DNA of 64,000 bases from Akkermansia sp. (GTDB taxonomy: Bacteria; Verrucomicrobiota; Verrucomicrobiia; Verrucomicrobiales; Akkermansiaceae), in NCBI GenBank assembly GCA_045545975.1, contig JAZQCA010000022.1, positions 571 to 64,570 of the forward strand, in the 5' to 3' direction. This document shows, piece by piece, positions 32,201 through 39,155 of this stretch. The notes below the pieces were generated by a model, which did not search any database, had not been told where the DNA came from, and saw nothing but the letters and a program-made list of their open reading frames with translations. The number at the start of each line of letters is the position of its first letter. The stretch's first letter is position 1. The translations under genes were made by a program, and so were the position numbers.

Positions 32201-32532
32201 AGCCAGGAGAGATCTTTGGTGGTAGTCATACCATTGCAATTGGCTATGCCGGAATGCTGACGTCCGGCCACCCAGTCTTCATTGTTCACCGGAAGGAAAT
32301 ACCGACCATCATAATTGAGCATAAGATTCTCAGAGTTACCGGACAGCTCGCTTGCACTGACCACCTTCACCTCATAGGGATAGGGCATATTGTGCCAGTT
32401 ACGCCCCTCATCGAAGCTCCAGTGAGCCTTCAATGCCGCAAAATCATCTCTCGGGGCAGCAGCGACAGAGCCTGCGGTTACAGCGAGAGCGGCCATAGCT
32501 GCGCTAAGAGAAAAATAAACAGATTTTCTCAT
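29281..32532 (-). CDS. Large secreted multidomain protein: LamG-like, cadherin/Ig-like, FG-GAP/VCBS repeats, C-terminal HEXXH zinc-peptidase-like domain
   Basis: Signal peptide from M at 32532; WHHVVFTRD..MLYLDG (LamG); DVDQDSL..GDGTFTFIP (Ig/cadherin); DYDHDGTPDL, GDLNNDGRTEL, ADFDGDGCADM; LAHEVCHSLD. Confidence 0.78.
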   Translation of the reverse strand: MRKSVYFSLSAAMAALAVTAGSVAAAPRDDFAALKAHWSFDEGRNWHNMPYPYEVKVVSASELSGNSENLMLNYDGRYFLPVNNEDWVAGRQHSGIANCNGMTTTKDLSWLNGSTTLSYWTRLDGKPNKRGLIGSNYHALWGGMNDKSQVGLRYMGRQVVMSPAGINDGLWHHVVFTRDAATGTVMLYLDGKHVATGSTPAGRLNGTFDCISTNNSAVDQIHIFDKAIGADTVAVLYDNHAPQVFEQTHLVETSVPSVTGSILHGFTYDVDQDSLRVASFTQPEGGKVVSRGDGTFTFIPNENFACTGKTCFDIVVTDDRGGFTKTTMHLCDSRHQVGQPVREFCYFGALPEFTVGAGKLQKYRRPMAISMGGARPDLIVQADSRLWFFINESRRGKVLFSEPQVLTMADGSPCETDGAAVIEDNKLVLRRPDGSLVLAYVTGLDVPHLEIGAAIKDTTGADMKLATNRFVIVDYDHDGTPDLVGGFNDGLYYHKGQASTYTIEGGQKKIRHISFAPDKQVAFQRSYNITPGVGDLNNDGRTELLYGINWGTLHVWMNDPTKTTLTDGEYIELTLENQPKDRFVRELNGAHMAVADFDGDGCADMVLGGSAGSQLVSARGVNPESWSGNLTIIENELYRGHEKDLGRVLEDDGQKGLKRYRYLMSCWIRWAVAQNTPSGRQAAYNMLKEHVKKYPFLQRGALADAWCKQEKGKVIDYGSMHHVPGIFVMNWVVLHRLLPDSAEHRADVADALGLKGVDRQVYLEKGMPLADNNRSSVGQLYAVRDLLKHHAPILFPDDHISIGQNFGDGRDAMCYIFNSNKNTFSMEVGNNLAEMHGDMVRLTEECFGQKGAADGDYFTFVLAHEVCHSLDAYVRSRTNKDLTRRWGDQNYYAATNGGECDDVVANETGWWDLNLTRERFRQRGLWDGDNATWGDAWKAYWQKSPFRNKVFMRGDIDWFLGSQQETFATQANHHWARSESRLIGAILRYLQGYKSNINEVVFFLDVLSAGQNKLPMFHPWGAGNPPMVNFNVEYAWLTRNDRGHITDIHIGDRHYGFIVNEGGRVIGLRAYPFADKIKAAAAR

Positions 32533-32682
32533 ACTGATCCATCCTACCATATCCGAATCATCCCAGCCAGATATCGTCATGTCATATCCGTTTATTTGAG
32601 AACCGGATACCGTAAGGCAAGAAGAGGAACTGACGCGCCCGGTGTTTGCAGAGGCTGACAGAATATGCTAGAATGAACCGAC

Positions 32683-34287
32683 ATGGCACAAATCAGCAGT
32701 TCAGCAGCTATCAGGGAGCTAATCGCTCTCATGCACGCTCACGGAGTCACCAGATGCGTAGCCTGCCCCGGCAGCAGAAATTCCCCCATCGTTGCAAGCC
32801 TGAGCGCAGCAGGTACCTTTGAGCTGAGAGGAGCGACAGATGAACGCAGTGCAGGTTTTGTGGCCTGTGGCTGGGCAGCGCAGGCACAAGCCCCGGTTGC
32901 CGTATGCGTCACCTCCGGTTCTGCACTACTCAATCTGCACCCGGCCATAGCCGAGGCTTTTTACCGCCATATTCCCCTGCTTGTTATTTCAGCAGATCGC
33001 CCGGCAGCCTGGATAGGTCAGCAGGACGGACAGACCCTGCACCAACCGGACGTTTTTGCCGGACTCTGTCGAATGAGTGTACAGATTCCCGAAGCACCTC
33101 AGGAGTATTGGCACCGCAATCGTCTGCTCAACGAAGCTTTGCTGGAACTGCGTCACCGAGCAGGAGGACCCGTACACATTAACATACCGCTCAGCGAACC
33201 GCTCTTTGGTACATCGAACGAGCCCCTTCCAAGCCCCCGCATCATCCGACGCACCGAATTGGCACGGATGGATGCTGATGAAGAAACCGAACTACTGGAA
33301 ATCGTGAGCGCCTGCCCTCGGCGCCTCATCCTGCTGGGACAACTCCCGCAAGACGCCGATATTCCCCCGGTTCTTGCAGCGGAGAAAGCCTTTGCCATCA
33401 TCGGAGAGCACCTCTGCAACACTCCGATCGCCAACACCCGACCGGACTTTGTCATCGGACCTCACCCGACAGCGACACTCAGCCCCGACCTGCTCATCAC
33501 CTATGGAGGATGCACCATTTCCAAGCGCCTGAAAAACCTGCTGCGGAACAACCCACCCCGAGAACACTGGCACATCAGCACTGATGGAGAAGTGGTTGAT
33601 ACCTTTTGTGCTCTTACCCGGGTAATTGAGGGCGATCCCGCCGAACTGTGGGAACTTCTGGCAGCCTTCGCAGATGGTGGAAACGAGGTCTACGCTGAGC
33701 AATGGTACACTCCCGTTCCCGTACCGCAATTTCCATACAGCGGCATGCAGTTGGTAGGTGACTTGCTTGCAACCATGAATGGCGAAAGTGTGCTGCACCT
33801 GGCGAACAGCTGCGCCGTACGCTTTGCCCAGCTTTTTCCCCTGCTTGCCTCCGTACAGGTAGAGTGCAATCGGGGCGTAAACGGTATAGAAGGCTCGCTC
33901 TCTACTGCCATCGGCTACTCCATGAACGACCCCCGACCGCAATTTCTGATCTGCGGCGATCTTTCTTTCTTCTACGACATGAACGCACTATGGCTGCAGG
34001 GCATCCCCCCGCAGCTGCACATTCTCCTGCTCAATAACAAAGGAGGGGGAATCTTTGATCTCATCCCCACCCCGGAGCACCCTCTGGTGAATGGTGCTCA
34101 CAGCGCGACAGCCGCAGACTGGGCTCGAAGCAGAGGGTTCGAATATATAAGCGTGCAAGGGGAACAGGACTGGCCGGCTGCGCTGTCGGCCCTCACCACT
34201 CCCGGCGATCGCCCCCTGCTCGTTGAGGTCTTCACCGACAGCACGACAGATGCCAAACTCCTTCAACAATTTCACGCACAATACTGA
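32683..34287 (+). CDS. menD: SEPHCHC synthase MenD
   Basis: CPGSRNSP, DERSAGF, TSGSA, ADRP, NRGVNGIEGSLST, GDLSFFYDMNAL, NNKGGGIF. Confidence 0.94.
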   Translation: MAQISSSAAIRELIALMHAHGVTRCVACPGSRNSPIVASLSAAGTFELRGATDERSAGFVACGWAAQAQAPVAVCVTSGSALLNLHPAIAEAFYRHIPLLVISADRPAAWIGQQDGQTLHQPDVFAGLCRMSVQIPEAPQEYWHRNRLLNEALLELRHRAGGPVHINIPLSEPLFGTSNEPLPSPRIIRRTELARMDADEETELLEIVSACPRRLILLGQLPQDADIPPVLAAEKAFAIIGEHLCNTPIANTRPDFVIGPHPTATLSPDLLITYGGCTISKRLKNLLRNNPPREHWHISTDGEVVDTFCALTRVIEGDPAELWELLAAFADGGNEVYAEQWYTPVPVPQFPYSGMQLVGDLLATMNGESVLHLANSCAVRFAQLFPLLASVQVECNRGVNGIEGSLSTAIGYSMNDPRPQFLICGDLSFFYDMNALWLQGIPPQLHILLLNNKGGGIFDLIPTPEHPLVNGAHSATAADWARSRGFEYISVQGEQDWPAALSALTTPGDRPLLVEVFTDSTTDAKLLQQFHAQY

Positions 34288-34290
34288 ACC

Positions 34291-35109
34291 ATGAAACGCG
34301 AGTGGAAAACAATCAAGCAGTACGAGGAGATTCTCTTCGAACAGTACGGAGGTATCGCCCGTATCACCATCAATCGTGAGCGCTACCGCAATGCCTTCAC
34401 CCCCCTCACCACCGCCGAGATGAGCGATGCACTCTACCTCTGCCGGGAGATGCAGGACGTGGCAGTAGTTGTCCTGACCGGCGCCGGGAACGTTGCCTTC
34501 TGCGCCGGCGGCGACATGAACGTGAAAGGCTATGGAGGCTATGTGGACAAAGGCGGTGTACCTCGTCTTTCCGTGCTCGATGTGCAGAAACAGATCCGCT
34601 CATTGCCCAAACCTGTCATAGCTGCGGTGAATGGTTTTGCCATTGGCGGGGGACATGTTCTGCATGTTGTCTGCGACCTCTCCATCGCCTCGGAAAATGC
34701 AATTTTCGGCCAAACAGGTCCGCGCGTGGGGAGTTTTGATGCCGGCTTCGGCTCCTCATATATGGCCCGCTGCATAGGGCAGAAAAAGACGCGCGAGATC
34801 TGGTTCCTCTGCCGTAAGTACAATGCACAGGAGGCCCTTGAGATGGGGCTGGTGAACAAGGTTGTTCCCCTCGACGAGCTCGAGGACGAATATGTCCGTT
34901 GGGCCGAAGAAATGATGATGCACTCCCCCATTGCCCTGCGAATGATCAAGGCAGGCCTGAACGCGGAGCTCGATGGGCAAGCGGGCATTCAGGAACTGGC
35001 GGGAGATGCCACCATGCTCTTCTACATGTGCGATGAGGCACATGAAGGATCCCGCGCCTTCCTGGAGAAGCGCAAGCCGGACTTCAGCAAGTACCCCAAG
35101 ATGCCCTGA
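34291..35109 (+). CDS. menB: 1,4-dihydroxy-2-naphthoyl-CoA synthase MenB
   Basis: [46 protein letters not shown]. Confidence 0.97.
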   Translation: MKREWKTIKQYEEILFEQYGGIARITINRERYRNAFTPLTTAEMSDALYLCREMQDVAVVVLTGAGNVAFCAGGDMNVKGYGGYVDKGGVPRLSVLDVQKQIRSLPKPVIAAVNGFAIGGGHVLHVVCDLSIASENAIFGQTGPRVGSFDAGFGSSYMARCIGQKKTREIWFLCRKYNAQEALEMGLVNKVVPLDELEDEYVRWAEEMMMHSPIALRMIKAGLNAELDGQAGIQELAGDATMLFYMCDEAHEGSRAFLEKRKPDFSKYPKMP

Positions 35110-35145
35110 TTAAGCCGCCATCAGCTGAAGAAACCGAGCCGGATA

Positions 35146-36186
35146 ATGCGCCACATAGACCGCACACCCCTACTACACTTCCCAACTCCTTTCGAGTTGC
35201 GGTGGGAGCGGCGTGTGTTGCATTTCCGACAGCCGGCAATGACGTCACGAGGAGCCCTGACAGAACGGGTAACCTTCATCATCTCGGTCCATACCACAGA
35301 AGGTATCGGTTATGGAGAATGCTGCACCATGCCCGGTCTACTGGCAGAGCCAACGGAGAGAGAGCTTACCTACTGGTGCGCCGAAGTGCAGAAACGCGGC
35401 GGCATGCAGGGCATAACAGCTCCATCGCCCATTCAGTTCGGTCTGGAGTGTGCCTTGCTGGCCGCGTTGAGCCCCGGACAACCGCGATGGGATACCCCCT
35501 TCGCACAAGGAAAAGAAGGGCTTCCCATTCACCACCTCATCTGGATGGCCGATACCGACACCATGCTGGCGGCTATGCAACGGGGAATGGATGCCGGGTT
35601 CACCTGCTTGAAAATGAAGGTAGGAGCACTACCATTTGCTCAGGAACTAGAGCTACTGAAAGTGGCGCACGCAGCTTTTCCACAAGCAGAAATCCGAGTG
35701 GATGCCAACGGAGCCTTCCCCCCACAAGAGGCCATGAACATGCTGACCGCGCTGGCTGCAAGCGGGGTGAGCTGCATAGAGCAGCCCATACGCCCCGGAC
35801 AATCTCGAGCCATGGCGGAACTCTGTCGCCATACTCCCCTGCCCATTGCTCTTGACGAAGAGCTCATTTCCTGCCCCCATCCCGGCGAACTGCTCGACCG
35901 GATCCACCCACAAGCCATCGTCATCAAACCCTCTCTGCACGGAGGGCTGGTTAAGGCAGAGAGCTGGGGTTCTCTGGCAGAAGAACGGGGGATAAACTGG
36001 TGGGTCAACTCAGCACTCGAAAGCCATATCGGCCTGACAGCCTTGGCTGAGTGGTGCGCCTACGCCACCCCCGGCACTCTGCAAGGGCTTGGTACAGGTC
36101 GACTTTTTTCAGATGATACGCCCTACCCCGTCAGTCTACATGGATCACAACTCTTTTACTCTCGAAAAAATGAACTCACCAACTGA
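35146..36186 (+). CDS. menC: o-succinylbenzoate synthase MenC (enolase superfamily)
   Basis: LKMKVG, RVDANG, IEQP, ALDEE, VIKP, SALES; follows menB. Confidence 0.88.
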   Translation: MRHIDRTPLLHFPTPFELRWERRVLHFRQPAMTSRGALTERVTFIISVHTTEGIGYGECCTMPGLLAEPTERELTYWCAEVQKRGGMQGITAPSPIQFGLECALLAALSPGQPRWDTPFAQGKEGLPIHHLIWMADTDTMLAAMQRGMDAGFTCLKMKVGALPFAQELELLKVAHAAFPQAEIRVDANGAFPPQEAMNMLTALAASGVSCIEQPIRPGQSRAMAELCRHTPLPIALDEELISCPHPGELLDRIHPQAIVIKPSLHGGLVKAESWGSLAEERGINWWVNSALESHIGLTALAEWCAYATPGTLQGLGTGRLFSDDTPYPVSLHGSQLFYSRKNELTN

Positions 36187-36309
36187 TCTCACCCAACGGC
36201 ACCTTGCAGATATAGTCATAGAACAATTTCAAGCAGCGCCTGCCCGGTAAGCCGGGGAATGGGCAAAGGATTATCCCAAAGAGAAACAAGCACATAAACC
36301 GATATTTAC

Positions 36310-36996
36310 ATGAATAACAAAACAGCCAAGCGCATACAGACGGCTCGCATCATTATACAGACCGGCTTTCTGGTCGCCGTCATTCTGGGTGTGTCCACCA
36401 AACCCTTTGCGGATTGGATGCTGCCGACAGCTCTACTGGTCGGTGTATTCTTCTGTGGTTGGGTGTGCCCGCTGGGAGCAGCCCAAGACTGGATGTGGAA
36501 ACTCGGTCGAGTGCTGCATCTGCCCGCCGTGTATGTTCCTCAACGTTTCCAGCGCTACCTGCAGTTCAGTCGCTACATTTTTTATTTTATGCTGCTAACC
36601 TGGGGAATAGCCTTTGCTCTGCTCAAGGGACCATATAACTTCAGCAAACTTCTGCATGGTGAGTTTCTGACAGTAGCCACGGGCGTCATCGTTCTTTTCC
36701 TGCTGTCCGGACTTTTCATCAAGCGCCCCTTCTGCAACTACTTCTGCACCGGCGGAGCTCGACAAGGGCTGTGGAGCGTACTTAGAATATTCAGTATACG
36801 TCGCGACACATCCCGCTGTGGCGGTTGCGGCACATGCTCCCGCGCCTGTCCCATGAACATTGACGTAGCAAAAACAGAGTTCGTACGTCATCCCAACTGC
36901 ATAGGTTGCATGTCCTGCATAGCCTCCTGCCCGAAAAAATGCCTCAGCTACGGCTCCCTGCCACCCCATACCCGGGGAAAGAAAGCAAATAGCTAA
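36310..36996 (+). CDS. Membrane-bound 4Fe-4S protein (NapH/MauN/YccM-like)
   Basis: TM helices; FCGWVCPLG, PFCNYFCTGG, CGGCGTCSRACP, CIGCMSCIASCP. Confidence 0.85.
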   Translation: MNNKTAKRIQTARIIIQTGFLVAVILGVSTKPFADWMLPTALLVGVFFCGWVCPLGAAQDWMWKLGRVLHLPAVYVPQRFQRYLQFSRYIFYFMLLTWGIAFALLKGPYNFSKLLHGEFLTVATGVIVLFLLSGLFIKRPFCNYFCTGGARQGLWSVLRIFSIRRDTSRCGGCGTCSRACPMNIDVAKTEFVRHPNCIGCMSCIASCPKKCLSYGSLPPHTRGKKANS

Positions 36997-37001
36997 CGGA
37001 C

Positions 37002-37865
37002 TCACCAAGTCCCCGGGACAATTGCGAATAAACCAAGCAACGCAGGCAAGGCCAGAAAAGTCCAGCCGATAGCATACCAATCACTCGCGGTCAATCGCTT
37101 ACGAAGCGCACTGTAAACATGCAGGCAAGCAGCGGCAGTACACAACGTGATGTACATACCTCGCATGTACTGAGGTGCAACAGCAACCTGCCGCACACAG
37201 AATAGAAACAGCAACAACAAGCAAATGCTTCGGAATACACCCGAAACAGCACCGCCGGACGGCTCTCGCTCCAGCAGAAAAAGATAGACAATCCCCACCA
37301 GCAGCCACAAGGGGGCACTCAACAGCATGCGGAGAGGAACCTGAAAGAAACTGTAGTAATATGCAGGTGCTGCACAGCAAAACACAAACGAGGCAGATGC
37401 GCACAAGACTCGATATCCCGCCACCTTCCTCAACAAGGGTACATACCCCAGCAGAACAAAAAACAGAGGCACCGAAATGAAGTTCAGCATGTACTGCCCC
37501 ACGCGGAATAGCAACATCCAGATTGTCGTCATGGCGACAGCTGCCACCAGCACCCCCATAGCCGCCAGATGAGCCCGGTAGTATCCGGCTTCTCTCACAC
37601 CATCGTCCGACACAGCCCCGCGCAGTCGACCAATCATTACCACCAGCCAAACCAACGAACTGAGCACCAAAAGAGGTTCAATCGTCAACACGGTGATCTT
37701 ATGATGAGCAGCAATCAGCAGCCCCCAGCAAAGCGCAGCCAATGCGGCATCTGCTCCCCACAGGGAAAACAACTGCCACCATGATCTGTACGCGTGAGAA
37801 CCGGCTCCTTTCACGAACACCATTTTCAACAGAATCCCTATATTTGCAAGTCTGTAACACGTCAT
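37002..37865 (-). CDS. Multi-pass membrane protein, function unknown (start uncertain)
   Basis: About 8 hydrophobic segments; converges on the upstream stop with a 5-bp gap. Confidence 0.6.
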   Translation of the reverse strand: MTCYRLANIGILLKMVFVKGAGSHAYRSWWQLFSLWGADAALAALCWGLLIAAHHKITVLTIEPLLVLSSLVWLVVMIGRLRGAVSDDGVREAGYYRAHLAAMGVLVAAVAMTTIWMLLFRVGQYMLNFISVPLFFVLLGYVPLLRKVAGYRVLCASASFVFCCAAPAYYYSFFQVPLRMLLSAPLWLLVGIVYLFLLEREPSGGAVSGVFRSICLLLLFLFCVRQVAVAPQYMRGMYITLCTAAACLHVYSALRKRLTASDWYAIGWTFLALPALLGLFAIVPGTW

Positions 37866-37947
37866 TCCCCGGATGATGTCAACTTAACATTTCTAAAGAC
37901 GTGTTTTGTACTTGCCACATGATGTAGACTTACCTATAATCGGAGAC

Positions 37948-38577
37948 ATGGAATGGAATGACGGCTTCATGACCCTGCTGCGCGATGCCGTGGCACGCTA
38001 CCACGAGCGCCCGCAAACCCCGGCGAGCAGCTTCTTTCTCCCTTCAGAGATCAAAATACTGAGCGACATCGGTTATTCCCCGGAAGAAATGCATGCCTAT
38101 GTGCAGGACTATGCCATACTGGGAGATCCCTCGCCCAGCACCATCCTGCTGATAGCCGCTGCACGCCGAACGTTCTTCCTGACGGCACAACGCGGCATAT
38201 CCGGCAATGCAAAGCCGGTCCGAGCATCGGATCTACCACCCGCAGACGATGACTTTCAGGGTATTCCCTACCTGCCTCACATCATCAGGAAGGCTGAGGC
38301 AAAGCTCCATGGTATACTGGACAGCTCGCTCATGTACTACGATGAAATGGATCGCACCTTCCTGCGAGAGCACGGGAACATCCATCCGGCTGACTTCCTC
38401 TACCTCGCCTGGCAGGCGGCCGGTGACAAGCAGAAGATGGTCAAAGCTGTGCTGAAGGCGATGAAAACCGAAAGCGGCGAAGAGGAAGCCACTCGCCAAC
38501 CCCAGCCCCGCCAGCAGGTCATGCCACACACACCCGCTGCCGGACATGCCGTCCAGAGCGAGCTCAAACTTGACTGA
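37948..38577 (+). CDS. DUF5069-like hypothetical protein
   Basis: IPYLPHIIRKAEAKLHGIL..LMYYDEMDRTFL..PADFL resembles this verrucomicrobial family as I recall it; start set by the promoter TTGCCA-17-TATAAT. Confidence 0.6.
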   Translation: MEWNDGFMTLLRDAVARYHERPQTPASSFFLPSEIKILSDIGYSPEEMHAYVQDYAILGDPSPSTILLIAAARRTFFLTAQRGISGNAKPVRASDLPPADDDFQGIPYLPHIIRKAEAKLHGILDSSLMYYDEMDRTFLREHGNIHPADFLYLAWQAAGDKQKMVKAVLKAMKTESGEEEATRQPQPRQQVMPHTPAAGHAVQSELKLD

Positions 38578-38588
38578 CTCTCCCGCCC

Positions 38589-39125
38589 ATGAACAGTCCC
38601 CGCCAGATAGAAATCCCCCACGGAGACGAAGTAACTACCGCCCCGCAGCGGCAGGCCTTGGAGACCATGTCGCAAAACCTTGTAGAAAAGCTCAATGCCA
38701 TGGTGGCCGAGCAGGAGCAGCGTGCCAGAGATTTCGCCGCACACCAACACTCCCTCTCCTCTCTTCCCTCATATACCCTTCCGGAGATAGCACAAGAAAA
38801 TCCTCCGCAAGTTCCCGGTCCCCGTCCCCCCAAGCCCGCCATTACCACATCAGCCCCGCCCGCTGATGCCTACGGAAAACAAGAGGCATCGATCGCCGGC
38901 CCAACCATCACCAATGGCCCCCGTTTACCTAAAGTACCACCGGTGGTCCGGGAATCGCGACCTAATAAAAATACGGTCAACTCACCTGTTCCCCACAGGG
39001 AATACAAAATGCCGACCATCATCCGCGATCCGGAATCGGAGGAGCAGAAAGGAACTATCGGAGCAGGCACCATATCCGTTATCATCTTCATTATATTCGT
39101 GCTTCTCATGCACGGGTGCGAATAA
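38589..39125 (+). CDS. Pro-rich hypothetical protein with a C-terminal TM helix
   Basis: Short coiled segment, Pro-rich linker, C-terminal ISVIIFIIFVLLM; lies in operon context. Confidence 0.6.
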   Translation: MNSPRQIEIPHGDEVTTAPQRQALETMSQNLVEKLNAMVAEQEQRARDFAAHQHSLSSLPSYTLPEIAQENPPQVPGPRPPKPAITTSAPPADAYGKQEASIAGPTITNGPRLPKVPPVVRESRPNKNTVNSPVPHREYKMPTIIRDPESEEQKGTIGAGTISVIIFIIFVLLMHGCE

Positions 39126-39155
39126 ATACAGAAACGTTTTTCCCCATCTCCATAT

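Noticed and set aside
37002-37865. Membrane protein as a MenA/UbiA prenyltransferase completing the men cluster
   Set aside because: The Asp-rich NDxxDxxxD/DxxxD motifs of UbiA-family enzymes are not present, and it is on the opposite strand.
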